Shown: positions 1 through 13,856, numbered from the stretch's first letter. The stretch is DNA of 64,000 nucleotides from Octopus vulgaris (GCA_951406725.2 OX597823.1:69502001-69566000), one strand, 5' to 3'. Notes: generated from the sequence alone by a model not told the origin. A program made the numbers and translations.

Positions 1-520
1 ATATATATATATATATATATACACACTCACACACACGCACACACACGTATGCATATACACACGCATATATGAATGTGTACATATATAAACATATAAACAT
101 ATACATATATATATATGTGTGTGTGTGTGTATGTATGTTATATATATATTTATATATATATTTACACACACACACATATGTATGTATATACACCTATTTA
201 CAAACAAGTGTTCATTTAGCTATTCAGACAAGCACCCCCCCACACACACACACACACTGATATTGATGATCAGGCAGAAATACCTATACACATATTTATC
301 CAACGCGATATGTATGTTTAAACAGTCAATGTACGTTCTCTCGCCCAAAGAAACTTATACGTTTATATACAAACCGATATATACATATATGTACGCATAC
401 ACATCCGTATAAAAAACTAACAGAAACAAACAGGAAATTGATATCATAAGTGCTCACATATGCATACACTCGAAACAAACACACATATACAAACAGAAAT
501 ATATACACATGACCATTATT

Positions 521-630
521 AAATGAAATATTTACATTTATTTACGTAAACTGGTTACTTACAAGATCATAAGACATTTTCGCTGCAAGCAAAACTATTA
601 CACATATACACACGAATACATAAATGGATA
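521..630 (+). repeat. ~110-bp unique-looking segment duplicated at 7612-7720
   Basis: Direct repeat with about five mismatches. Confidence 0.9.
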
Positions 631-990
631 CATATGTGTACACGCGGAGGGGGTATGTTCATGTGTAAGCATTTATATGTATGTACATATTCAGCTACAG
701 CAATAAAACCAAACTGGAAAAAGAAAATGTCCGCCCTAAAAGAACACCATTCATGCCCTCGTGATATGAATTTCAATGTGAAGATATTAAAAACAAATTG
801 TGTCTGGGAATCTAATATCCTCCCAAGATCTACTACCTAGAAACAATTTGAATTTTATCGATCTCCAAGGCACTTGAAATAACACACAGCTGAATTCGTG
901 CGCTTCATGCATTTAGCTCTGAGCCGTCTTAAGGTATGGGCACACTGAGAAACCATATTGCCCAACCATATTGTACGTCTGTTCTGGTTG

Positions 991-1087
<97 letters not shown>

Positions 1088-1100
1088 AATATATATATAT

Positions 1101-1889
1101 ATAACTTAGAATAACTTAGAAAGGTTTTGGCCAGTATTGGCCCAGGCCATGTCTAACTTAATAGCACCACCTGGTGAAGTCTTTCAGTTCAGGATTTGGG
1201 CACCAAGGCCCATTCGAGCAGAGAGTTATTGTTTGCGGAGACATATCCGGGTGTGGGTGGTTTGTCCGGTACTGTTTGAAGGAATTTGTCCAAAGACTTC
1301 TTGAATTTTGTGTGGTCAGTTTCTTTTTTGACGTGCCCTGGTGTAATGTTGAAGAGAGCAGGTCCAATTGAGGTGAAATAGTTGTGCCGTATTGTCGTTA
1401 TGTGATGCGATTTAGATTTTTGTTGTGGACGGATGGCACATGGTCCAAGCCTTGGATGCATTTTGAAGGTGATGCCAACATCATTCGGACAGTGCTGGTG
1501 GAATATTTTCCACATCATACAGATAATGTAGCGTTCACGGCGTCGTTGGAGTGAATACAATTTCAGCTTCTCTAGTCTACCCCAGTAGTCAAGGTCTGAC
1601 ATGCCATCTATCTTTTTTGTGATTGACCTTTGGGGAGCTTCAATTCTCATAATATTTTGTTTTGTGTAGGGAGACCACAGTGGACAGCAGTATTCAAGGT
1701 GGGGTCGGGCAAAAGTGGAGAAGAGAAGGATAATAGCATGGGAATCTCTCGACTGGAAGGTTCTGAGAATCCAGGAACACATTCTGCGGGCCATGTCAAC
1801 TTTGCTGCTTATATGTGTAGCCCAGCTTATGTTGTTGTCCACTGTTACTCCCAGGTCTCTGATGTTGTTGGATGCCATGAGAATTTCTC
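1101..1889 (-). mobile_element. 5'-truncated CR1-clade LINE (3' end of ORF2 RT region, 3' UTR and tandem-repeat tail)
   Basis: Uninterrupted ORF 1189..1878 with RDLGVTVD, RPHLEYCCPLWSPY and RLEKLKLYSLQRRRER, typical CR1-group ORF2 C-terminal motifs. Minus-strand tail is (TCTAAGTTAT)x2 at 1101-1120. Both flanks are (AT)n. Confidence 0.9.
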
Positions 1890-1895
1890 ATATAA

Positions 1896-1926
<31 letters not shown>

Positions 1927-1930
1927 TTAA

Positions 1931-1987
<57 letters not shown>

Positions 1988-2151
1988 TATATATGTATAT
2001 GTATGTATGCATGTATTTGTCTATCTATCTATCTATGCATACATATATATATTTATATGCATATATATATTTATATGCATATATATATATATATATACAT
2101 ACATACATACATACATACATACATACATACATACATACATACATACATACA

Positions 2152-2187
<36 letters not shown>

Positions 2188-2202
2188 TATATTTGTGTGT
2201 GT

Positions 2203-3062
2203 ATAACAAAGTTATTTTATTCCACACGGGTAGAAATATAGGAAAAATTGAATTTGAAAATTCACTGAGAATAGGTAAAATATTTATTATTAATAAATTT
2301 AAAGCTTCAAGACGGTGAGATGGCAGAAGCGTTAGCACACCGGGCGAAATGCTTTGCGGTATTCCGTCTGTCTTTACGTTCTGAGTTCAAATTCCACCGA
2401 GGTCGACTTTGCCTTTCATCCTTTCGGGGTCGATAGATTAAGTTACAGATTAAGTTATTGGGGTGGATCTAATCGACCGTATCCCCTTCCCCAAAATTTC
2501 GGGCCTTGTGCCTAGAGCAGAAAAGAGCATATTTAAAGCTTTAACCGGTTTCACAGTTTTCACTGATTTTCAAAAGGTTGGAATAGAAATGGTGGCTTAT
2601 GTCGCAGCTGTCTTGCTTCTGACTAATGTTTTAAGCTTGCCCTATCTTATAGCTAAACATGTTTACACAAAATGTACTGTCACGTGACATTCATGGACGT
2701 AGCGGAAAACGTACAAAACGTTGTAAACTTAATCATGTGTTCATTCCCTGCAAACACAGAAAACATTGAGAGCGGTGTTTGAACATGTTCAGTCAGCCAT
2801 GTCAGCCTTAACTACGACGCCAAATATTGTCGCTTGATACTAACACACGGACGTAGCGGGGAACCTAGAAAAATTCCTAAGATCAGTCATGTGACTATCC
2901 TCTTACCAATCTAATCCTATTCAAAACATACAAATTTGAGCCATTAACTCCCTATAAAGATATGGTAAGCTTTAAACTGCGAAAAGGTTTGAAGCTTTGA
3001 ATATATAAAGAAAAAAATATTTTAACTGATCTCAGTGCATTTTCAACTTCTATTATCCCTAT
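2203..3062 (-). mobile_element. Fold-back, probably PLE-derived, non-coding element with ~90-bp imperfect inverted arms, interrupted by a SINE
   Basis: 2237-2310 plus 2545-2559 (left arm, split by the SINE) is the imperfect reverse complement of 2973-3062. Decayed HHR-like motif on the minus strand at 2538-2580. Flanked by microsatellites. Confidence 0.65.
2311..2530 (+). mobile_element. tRNA-derived SINE, family carrying the GCCTTTCATCCTTTCGGGGTCGATA core
   Basis: A-box-like TGGCAGAAGCG and B-box GAGTTCAAATTC. Target-site duplication ATTTAAAGCTT at 2297-2307 and 2531-2541. Homologous copies at 14358, 43706, 49388 and 62690. Confidence 0.85.
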
Positions 3063-3087
3063 ATATATATATACACATATATATATC

Positions 3088-3537
3088 TTTCATATGAAAG
3101 ATGGCAGAATCCCCAAGGACATACTCTACGGAGAGCTTGCTAGGGGTACTAGGTCTGTGGGTAGACCGCTCTTACGTTACAAGGATGTTTGCAAAAGGGA
3201 CATGAAGGCCTTCAACATCAATATTAGCTGTTGGGAGGCAGTTGCCGGCAACCGTGGAGACTGGCGACGTACCGTAAGAGAGGGAATACAAAGGAGTGAC
3301 AGAGAGAGAGAGGAGAAATAGAATGACAAGAAAAGACGTCAACAAAAAACTATGGCATTACAACCAGCCAGGAAAAGTCTTCGCTACATTTGTGGTACCT
3401 GCCAGAGGGAGTGTTTGTCCAGGATAGGACTACACAGCCACAGCAGGAAATGTATCAGGACATGAAATGTAAAAGCCGGACTAGACTACTTTATGCGCAA
3501 CTCCATAGTCTCCCGAGACAAAAAGGATGACAACCAA
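3088..3537 (+). mobile_element. RTE-clade LINE 3' fragment
   Basis: MKDGRIPKDILYGELARGTRSVGRPLLRYKDVCKRDMK, followed after a stop by CGTCQRECLSRIGLHSHSRKC, the C-terminal zinc motif of RTE ORFs. Confidence 0.9.
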
Positions 3538-3630
3538 TATATATATATTTATATTGTTATATTTCAGAATGATCATTTTGATTCTTTTTTCGTTTTGTTT
3601 TCTCGCTAAATAAACACACATACACACACA

Positions 3631-3707
<77 letters not shown>

Positions 3708-4267
3708 ATATACATGTGTGTGCGTGTTTGTGTATGTATGTACGTGTGTATCATGACCCCATTGCTTTGCTTTACTTGAGAGACTCTTATCCTGTTACGA
3801 CGTTCTTGAAGCAGGCCACTCAGGTTTTAGATGTATAAATAAATGCCGCAAAGCAAATTCTGTACACTTAAAAATTTTATCGTGTATAACATGATCGATA
3901 TGTCAACAAGAAGCCACTTCAAAAATCTATGTGACTCAATGACCAGGCAAAACAATCTATTTTCGTACAATTTTACTTGTTCCCGACTGTAGGATATGGA
4001 GAAACTCATTCACCGACAGAAATTATAAATATTTCCCTTCACAGATGTCAACTGGGAGATCATATCTCTGGCTTCTACAATAGTAATAAGCTCACACGCA
4101 TTTCTCCGGACACACATAAACACAAACACAAACTGACTTACTACTTGCCTCAACGATGAAGTTCTTATATTCAGCCATCGAATGCATACTACATTCACAC
4201 GTACATACACATTTATATACCTTCTCACTCTTTCCCTCTTTCTCCATCTATCTATCTTTCTTTTTTT

Positions 4268-4320
<53 letters not shown>

Positions 4321-4603
4321 CACACATACACACGAACGAATTTGAAAAGTCAATAACCTGAATAGAGAACACTTATGAACGTGTCGGAACACAATATCCG
4401 CCAAACTTATTTGCATACAAAAATACATTCACCCGAATGCACATAAATGCATTCTTACATTGGTATATATAATATGCATTTTTACATACGTGCATGTATG
4501 TATCTATATATTTATGTATGTATGTACGTACGTAAACGCATACGTAATGCATACGTAAGTACGTACATACATACATATACATATATATATATATATATAT
4601 ATA

Positions 4604-5404
4604 CTAGCAGCATAGCCCGGCGTTGCCCGGGTATGTAAGAGCCCCTAGTAGGCAACGACTAATCCCAATCTAGTCCTTTCCCTCCTGGGAACGAAGGCGC
4701 ATGTGTAGGTTGCAATGTCTTCTCTTCACTCCCAAATAACTATCAAACAGCTATCGATAATTCAACCCAACCAATTCCTACCAGGAAGAAATTACATTTG
4801 AGACTTTACCCCCAACTTCTGCTAATAGCTGCTGCAGCCGCAAGTTATTCGAATAATTTTTTTGTTTACACTTTCTTTATAACTACCACCCCAAACGTTT
4901 TACCTTAAATTTTTGACGTACCCTAAGGGTCCTCGGACGCTACTTGCAAACTCTTAGTTTATTATAAACCGCTTTTGTCGTGTGCATCAAAAAACCTTTT
5001 CCATTCGTTTGTTCACTTTGGGCACTTTTGACTTTTTCGTTGTTGTCACTCACATTGCTGCCCGCTTTTTTGCCGTTTTTGTACATTTTTATACATTTTG
5101 GGATACTTACCCCACGTTTTCCGAGAGTTAAAAAGGTCGAGTTGCCTCCCCTAGTTAGTCTGTAGAAAATGTGTTGCATATAAAAAGCTTAGATTCTCGA
5201 CCCATGTCGAATTTATCGATTTTTTTTCAGAACTGGGGGAACTTTTCAAAAGTTTCGCTACGTTAGTTTTGAATTATGACATTGGGCTATGTGTGTGTCA
5301 AGTTTCATCAGAATCGGTTGAAAGCCGTGGTCAGGGTGAGGGTACAACCTGACAGACACACAGACACACAGACAGACAAACTGCCGTTTATATATATATA
5401 TAGA
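4604..5404 (-). mobile_element. Complete non-autonomous Helitron (801 bp)
   Basis: Minus strand begins A|TCTATATATA followed by a (TGTC)n-like tract, and ends with hairpin CCCGG-GCAACG-CCGGG (4616-4631) then CTAG|T. Inserted between A and T without a TSD. Confidence 0.85.
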
Positions 5405-5842
5405 TACATACGTACATACATACGTACACGCATATGTACATACATATATTCCTAAGTACGTATGTATATATGTATGTATATTTTTTGTATGAATGAATCC
5501 AGTGTTATTGTTATCTCTTGTAGCCACTACAAAGTACACCATTCTAGTCGCTAAAACCGCGAAGATTAAGAGTTACTTATTAATATGTTTAGTTACAAGA
5601 AGTGAATACGTATTTTTGCGCATTTATATACGTATTAGTGCGTTTCTGTCGATGGTGAGAAGCTGGATTGATAGTTTAGTGGTTAGTTGTTTAGATGTGC
5701 AGATTACAATATTCATGTAAATATATATGCGTTTATTTATGCATACTGTCATGTAGATATATGTGAATGGAATTATGCTCATGTGCGTGTACAAATACGC
5801 ATAAGTGTAGGTATATGTATATAATATGTGTGTACGCATACG

Positions 5843-5885
<43 letters not shown>

Positions 5886-6188
5886 GTATGTATATAATAT
5901 GTGTATGTACGCATACGCACATGTATATGTATATATGTGTGTGAAATTATAGATATATATTTATACATCTTTGTGTTTGGAGATTTGTGTATGTAAATAT
6001 CAATACGTAAGTGTATGGGTGTGTATATATGTTAATGTTGTGTGGACGCCCCCCAGACGTCGAAGTAGGCTAGCCCAATATGTAGATATAGAGGGAGAAA
6101 TCTAGACATGGAGAGCAGAGTAGAGTTGAATAGAACGTGCGACATAGCAGTTAACATGTACGTTTAGCATACTTCTCAGGCAGATAAC

Positions 6189-6571
6189 TGGAGGCGCAAT
6201 GGCCCAGTGGTTAGGGCAACGGACTCGCGGTCATAGGATCGCGGTTTCGATTCCCAGACCGGGCGTTGTGAGTGTTTATTGAGTGAAAACACCTAAAGCT
6301 CCACGAGGCTCCGGCAGGGGATGGCGGTGATCCCTGCTGTACTCTTTCACCACAACTTTCTCTCACTCTTACTTCCTGTTTCTGTTGTACCTGTATTTCA
6401 AGGGGCCGGCCTTGTCACTCTCTGTGTCACGCTGAATATCCCCAAGAACTACGTTAAGGGTGCACGTGTCTGTGAAGTGCTCAGCCACTTACACGTTAAT
6501 TTCACGAGCAGGCTGTTCCGTTGATTCGGATCAACCGGAACCCTCATCGTCGTAACCGACGGAGTGCTTCC
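6189..6571 (+). mobile_element. Full-length tRNA-derived SINE (shared head, tail type A)
   Basis: A box TGGCCCAGTGG and B box GGTTTCGATTCC. 12-bp TSD CAGGCAGATAAC at 6177-6188 and 6572-6583. Near-identical to 18777-19168. Confidence 0.92.
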
Positions 6572-6599
6572 CAGGCAGATAACATGAAAACTTGATGCT

Positions 6600-7442
6600 A
6601 TAAGGTACAGTCAAGGATTTTTCTGACTTTTTAGGAGAGGCTTTTATAAATGTATTAGATTATTGTAAGTTGAGTATATCATTGCATTACATCAAATAAA
6701 CTACCCTGCCAACACTTGCGGTTCCAAATTGAAGAAGTCCGCTGAAACAATACTTTGTACACACCCTGCTCAGCACTGCTTGTTACATTTGGTCAAAATT
6801 GAAGACAGCTTGGAAGCTCACTGTGCAATAAATATTTATGTTAACCTGGCCAAAAACGCTGCAGAGACTTATGAAATGCTGCACACTGCTTATGAATTAA
6901 CTTGTATAAACCAAACATGTGTTTCATGTAGGCACGAAAAACCAGCCAAAGCATGTCCACAGGGACGTCCACTTTTCAGCAGCAAAGGCATCCCCTATAT
7001 CCACCGGATTCTCTTTGGCCCGTCGATCAACAAAGTGAGCCTTGTTGGGATTTTGAAGCAGTTCAGGAAGAGAATCGTCGCAAAAGATCAGGACACATGC
7101 AACAGAGCAATGCACCAGTCCAACAATTCCATCCTAGTAACCAACTACTTGAGAGAGATGGGCATCAAAACTGCCCCTCACATTCCCGATAGTCCAGACT
7201 TTGCTCCCTGTGATTTTTGGTTCTTCCCCAAGCCGAAAGATTAGATGAGAGATGCTGTGAGAAGGGTCTTGGATACCTTAACGTTGGGTGACTTCTACGA
7301 GGCCTTCACGAAGTAGCTAGAGCGCTCCAAGAGCATTAAAATTAGAGGACCCTATTTCGAGGTAGATAAGTGTTTTGAACTTCTTTGAAATTAATAAATA
7401 TCTCCCCAGCAATAATCCCAAAATTTCTGAAATTCACCCTGA

Positions 7443-7445
<3 letters not shown>
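6600..7445 (+). mobile_element. Degraded, internally deleted mariner (Tc1/mariner) transposon
   Basis: ORF 6729..7244 contains AAETYEMLHTAY (N-terminal HTH region) and PHIPDSPDFAPCDFWFFPK, matching the mariner YSPDLAPCDF motif. TIRs are not cleanly resolvable. Confidence 0.8.
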
Positions 7446-7475
<30 letters not shown>

Positions 7476-8269
7476 TGTATGTATGTATGTGTGAAGGTAG
7501 CGTTATTCTAGTTCTTGAGACACTGAGGATTAGGAGGCACTAATTCAAAGTTTAGTTACAAGATGTGAATGTATGTTTTGTGTACATATCTATATATACG
7601 TTTATATACATAAATGAAACATTTACATTTATTTACGTAAACTGTTTAGTTACAAGATCATAAGACAATTTCGCTGCAAGCAAAACTATTACACATATTC
7701 ACACGAATACATAAATGGATGTGAATATATGTTTTGTGTACATATCTATATATTTTCACGCTTCTGAGTGGTCGGATTAATAAAAAAAGTTAATGGTTTG
7801 TTTTTGGATGTGTAGATTAAGTTAATTAGGTAATTGTATATGCATCTATTTATACGTATATTTCTGTGCTTGTGTAGGTATATATGAATGGATCTTAGTA
7901 TATATGCGTATACGTATAAATGGAGAGTTATGCATTTTCAAAATATATTTATCAAAAAGCATTTTCTTCATATTACATCCCGACACATACTTCTGCAGAA
8001 TAAGCGCCTTAGGGCTCTTTGATATAATAGCCTCGACAATCCTATGCAATCATTTACAAGGCTGACAATCCTATAGAGCTTTATTTAAGGTGTTTCTCAC
8101 ACGGATGAATGAAACGTAGCCAAGTCTGTATTTTATCATAGAGAGCGAAAGATATCTACCCGGACTTAAAACCCCTATTTGCATTCGTATGTTTGAAAGC
8201 GTATATAAGTATATGTGTCTATGTTTCTGCAGATGTGGGTATATATTTTTCTATATACATGTGTATGCA

Positions 8270-8336
<67 letters not shown>

Positions 8337-10198
8337 TCTAAACCATGCTCTTAAGAAACAACCTTCTTACCACTCAGCCAAGCCCGCATACATTCATACA
8401 TGTGCGTATTCACAAGAAAGAGCAGATCACTTAATATATTACGTAAAATTTTGAGTTGTAAGTGAACAGTTGGTAACCCGAATGGCCTTTACTTAAAGTT
8501 TCATAAGCAATAAAATGTGTCTAATCAATCAATAACTACTAGAAACAAATACTTGACGAATAAATACTCGTATTCGAAGGTGACAACTAATTCATTAGAT
8601 GCGTACTTTTGTATCATTGAAATTCTGAGTAATAGGTGATTGAGTCATTTCACAATTCAAAACACACACACATATATACCCACGCACACACACAAACACA
8701 CATATACATACACCCATACATGTGCATGGAACGCTCAATAAAAAATTTCTGAGGATTTCTGTGGTCTCTTCGCGTCTTTTCTAATATGTTATTCTGTCAA
8801 CTTGCGGCGAACTTACCGTTATGAATTTTCAAATCACCATCAAACGTAATAATCTTTAGGTGGTGGCGGATGCTTCACAAGTGACATTATTGCACTTTTA
8901 TTTATTTCAACACCAACTGAACCTGATGCAACTGCACCCTACAAGAATACTCTGTTGATTGTGTTATTTCCTTCGCCCTTAAACTGGAACTTTCACCATG
9001 AAGATTCGTTTGAGATGCTCAGCCATATCTTAGCTGCTTGTTGATATGTTGGATACTCCTGTACATATTGATTACATTGACTCAATTACTTCACTAGTAA
9101 TTTATTTCATTAACCACGGAATAATGGAAAGCAAAATTAATCCTCATTACATGGGTTGTTGTGATTGGCTCCCTTTGGAATTCCCTCTTCCCTAGAAAAG
9201 TAATTGGATCCGGTGTATATCTACAGCTCAGTGGACTTAACCAATTTGACCCACCGATTTTCATACCGCTGTTGTGGTTTTTACCTGGATTGATAACTAG
9301 GAAGTGCTTGAAGATCATATCCGGATAATAACCAGATGAAATGCAGAAGCCACTTCAAAATCTATTTGACATTACGACCGAACATAAACTGTTTTCTTAT
9401 TCTTTTATTTATTCTATATAATGGGTTGTGCGTAACCAAGCTGCACACATCCTCAGGCAGTTCTGGCCCGGTTGTTACATCTGGCTTAGGCAGTAATAAA
9501 TAAACGTTCTATCCGAAAAGATGCCAGTTTATCACAGTTTTTATTGCTGTAAAAAGAATTGAATGGAGTGCATTAAACCAAAGAATCACTCATGAAATTT
9601 ACAACGTACATGCAGTATATAACTGTGACAACTAAACACATTAGTCATAGATAAATTGCTGACTCGGTGAAAGGATATGACTTGGTCGAGTGGCTGACCA
9701 ATACATTACTGATTCAGAATGACTTGATTTGATAATGATTCTGTTACCCACCTCCTTTTTAAATGTCAGAAACCCTCTTTCAAAATCCTTAATTTTATCA
9801 AGGTATATATCATATTAATATGGTGGTGCTCGTATTCACTATAGAATAATCGCTACATGAATATGATATGTGTATGTTGGAGGAGGTGGATGGTTCTCTG
9901 TGTGTCTATGTGTGTATCTATATGTGTGTATGTGTGTGTGGGGGTGGGTGGGTGGATGATTCTGTGTCTGTATAATTTCCAATAAAATCAATATTTTTTA
10001 TCATCTAATTATTTTGATAGTATTTTAAAAGTTGATTTAATTGAAATAAACAGGAAATTTTATACTTCTGTTTTATATCTCTGTTTGGAGAGAAAAGCCT
10101 AAATCTAAATAATTGAAAAAACAATTCTAAATTAAACAATAAGGAATCAATGTAATGAAACAAATTGAAAAAGCATAAAACATTTAACAACATACGTA

Positions 10199-10200
<2 letters not shown>

Positions 10201-10278
<78 letters not shown>

Positions 10279-10439
10279 TAGATAGATATAGATGTATATC
10301 CATATATAGATATATATTTACATATACACATATATATATATATGCATACATACGTATATATGTATACATATATACATAAATATATATGTACATATATATA
10401 CATATATATACATATATATATATAAACATCTATATATAC

Positions 10440-10471
<32 letters not shown>

Positions 10472-10493
10472 TTATAAATATATATATATATAC

Positions 10494-10590
<97 letters not shown>

Positions 10591-10599
10591 TATATATAT

Positions 10600-10647
<48 letters not shown>
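10201..10647. repeat. Long interrupted (AT)n microsatellite (one of dozens in the window)
   Basis: Directly visible. Other large tracts include 993-1102, 1890-2200, 13188-13402, 16305-16412, 36430-36560, 48022-48467 and 61538-61640. Confidence 0.98.
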
Positions 10648-10649
<2 letters not shown>

Positions 10650-11243
10650 AAACAATTATTATATTTAAATAAATCTTTCGTGAAAAGAGGGTATCAATTG
10701 AAGCAGTCATAAAATAGCTTATTAACAGTTAATTGGGGGCGCGTCATAATAACAGAATAAAAAAATGAGATAAAATAAAAAAAAAATACCATAAACCAAA
10801 ATGAATATTTCTAAATGAAAATGGATTGTCTGATACTTAAGTGAGAAATCTATTATAGATATACAGGGTACTGTGCTAGCATTTAATAGCGATAAAAGAC
10901 AACATCAATCACAACAAATTAATAATGTATGAAATATTCTCATTGTTCTCTATAATATTCAGGTAGTTTTCTAATTATTTCTGCATCAATATTTCTGGCG
11001 CCACATAAACTAACCTTTTTCTTGTTCTGTTTCATTATATATATAATTATTATTTTCCTGCTTACATATAGTGGCTGTGATAATTTATATCTGGACTATT
11101 AATTTCATCTTTCGGTTTTCCGGTTCTCTCTCATTGAACTTTGCTTCGATCAGTTAAGGTTCTATAATCGGTTATATTGCAACTTCTATGCATATATATT
11201 TGGTTGAATTTGACCTCAGAAATATTATTTTCCTTAGTCATTT

Positions 11244-11948
11244 AGGTGGAGGCATAGTTATGCAGTTAAGAACTTTTTTTTTTTTGCATTCACGCAAGTT
11301 TGCTTTCTGTTCCAGTGAGCACCATCTTCCAATATAGCTTCGAGTCGACGAACGATTGTGAGGGAATTTGGTAACGGAAACTGTGTAGAATCCCGTCGAA
11401 TATGTACTTTTTTATTTATGCGCCCTTTTCAAGCCTAGCCAGGCTCATGGGCCCGGTTTCTATGGCGTTTGTATTCTCCCCAGCTGGACGGGACGCCAAT
11501 CCATCGTAGCGTTACTCAATAAACAGGAAGAAAGAGTGAGAGAAAGTTGGGGTAAAGAGTACAGCAGAGGTCTCACCCCCCCCCCTGCCGGAGCATCGTG
11601 GAGCTTTATGGGTTTTCGCTCACTAATCACACACAACGCCCGGTCTGGGAATCGAAACTGCGATCCTCCCACCGCGTGTTCGTTGCCCTAACCACCGGGC
11701 CATTGCGCCTCCACGTCGAATATGTATGTCTGTGTGGAAATGTGTGTGCGTGCGTGTGTATTTATGCATATCTGTCTGCCATTCTGTTTGTCCAGACACA
11801 ATGTGACAACCACTCGTAGTTAAGCAAAATACCTCGACAGAATAAGTAACGTATAAAAAAAAACAGTTAGTCGTGTCCCAGTTGTTTGACTATCCCTACG
11901 GGTGCTCCAACATAGCCGCAGTCTAAACGTGGAACCAAGTAAAAGATT
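11244..11948 (+). mobile_element. Old copy of the abundant microsatellite-containing SINE family, interrupted by a younger SINE
   Basis: Degraded 5' half at 11244-11406 (GAATTTGGTAACGGAAACTG) and 3' half at 11714-11948 (GGTGCTCCAACATAGCCGCAGTC). Homologous to 25362, 27127 and 39335. Confidence 0.7.
11407..11713 (-). mobile_element. tRNA-derived SINE (shared head, tail type B) nested in an older SINE
   Basis: Reverse complement of the 13403 copy. 13-bp TSD CGTCGAATATGTA at 11394-11406 and 11714-11726. Confidence 0.9.
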
Positions 11949-12297
11949 ATTTGTATAATTGAAGAAATAAATACCTGAACTGCAACACATTTCAGCTACG
12001 AATTTATTTTTAGTCTTACTAGTCTTTCTAATGGGCCTTTCCTTATCTAAGAAAGGGGTTGTTTAGAGAAGTATTTGACAGTTGTTTTTAGTTTGTCAAG
12101 TGACTGTAGTTTTTCAATGAAAAGAAGTTTTCTTCCGATAAATAGACGCAAATGCACTTTTCTACAAGAACTCCCGACTTTAATTCTGAACCTGGACTTA
12201 CCACTTTCAGTTCACATGCCATTCTTTAAATTTAGACACCTTTGTTTTATTTCTAGGTGGCAATCTAGGGAACTTTGAAGAGGATATATATATATAT

Positions 12298-12530
12298 ATT
12301 CCTTTTGGCTTTCACTTATTTCAGCCAGTCGATTGCGACCATGCTGGGGCACTGTGTTGAAAGGCTTAGTCGAACTAATCCACCACAAACAATTTTTTTC
12401 TTTTTTTCAGTCTAGTACTTATTCTATCGATCTCTTTTTGCTGTGCCTCTAGCTTACGGAGACGTAAACAAAACAAAACCAGTTGTCAAGCAGTGGTGGA
12501 GTGGAATACAAACACATACACAAAGGGACA
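12298..12530 (-). mobile_element. 3' half of microsatellite-containing SINE
   Basis: CCATGCTGGGGCAC and TAGTACTTATTCTATCG motifs shared with the 27127 and 46505 copies. Confidence 0.75.
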
Positions 12531-12600
12531 TACACATGAATATGTGTATGTGTGTGAGTTCCTACATACATAGGTACATACATATAATATATATATATAC

Positions 12601-12666
<66 letters not shown>

Positions 12667-13187
12667 GTATATGTATGTATGTATATGTATTTAAACATTT
12701 ACCATGTAAGAAATCAGCTTATGATTTCTAAGGTGATTTTGTAAGCTGGCAAGGCGAGTTGAGTTTAATCCTAGGCGCCGGTGAGAGCCACTGACGAACA
12801 TTAATGTAAATGCTAAATCACTGGTCATCTCGTTATGACCGGTGCTTAGTGACCTTACATCCCTTGTCAGTAAATAAGACGGTGCATTATTGTGGCTATA
12901 ACTCTTATTTCTAGCAATACTGGTGCTGAATAACGCCTTCAGTTGCTTTAGTGACGTACATATTTTTGCCTTTTGGTTTAAAAATTGCTAACAAGTCACC
13001 CTTATTATTTTTATATATATCTATACACTAACCAGCGTACAGACATGTTAGCGACATGTTAGCCTACCGTTTGGGATATCCTACCAAAAAGCTTCTAAGA
13101 CTTCCAATTCACCTTACCCTAAATATATAATTCTAAATGACTTGCGATACTCGTCTTTCCTTAGTTTTCGTTGTCCTCTTCCTCTAA

Positions 13188-13304
<117 letters not shown>

Positions 13305-13364
13305 TGTATGTATGTATGTATGTATGTACGTATGTATGTATGTATGTATGTATGCATGTATATA

Positions 13365-13856
<492 letters not shown>

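Noticed and set aside
1630-2241. 203-aa plus-strand ORF
   Set aside because: Antisense of the CR1 fragment running into microsatellite.
6189-6270. tRNA gene calls for SINE heads
   Set aside because: A and B boxes are present, but there is no complete cloverleaf or terminator, and they are embedded in dispersed repeats with TSDs.
9320-9372. Minus-strand peptide QIDFEVASAFHLV resembling a cadherin DFE motif
   Set aside because: Short, bounded by stops, and the paralogous copy at 3909 has a frameshifting indel.
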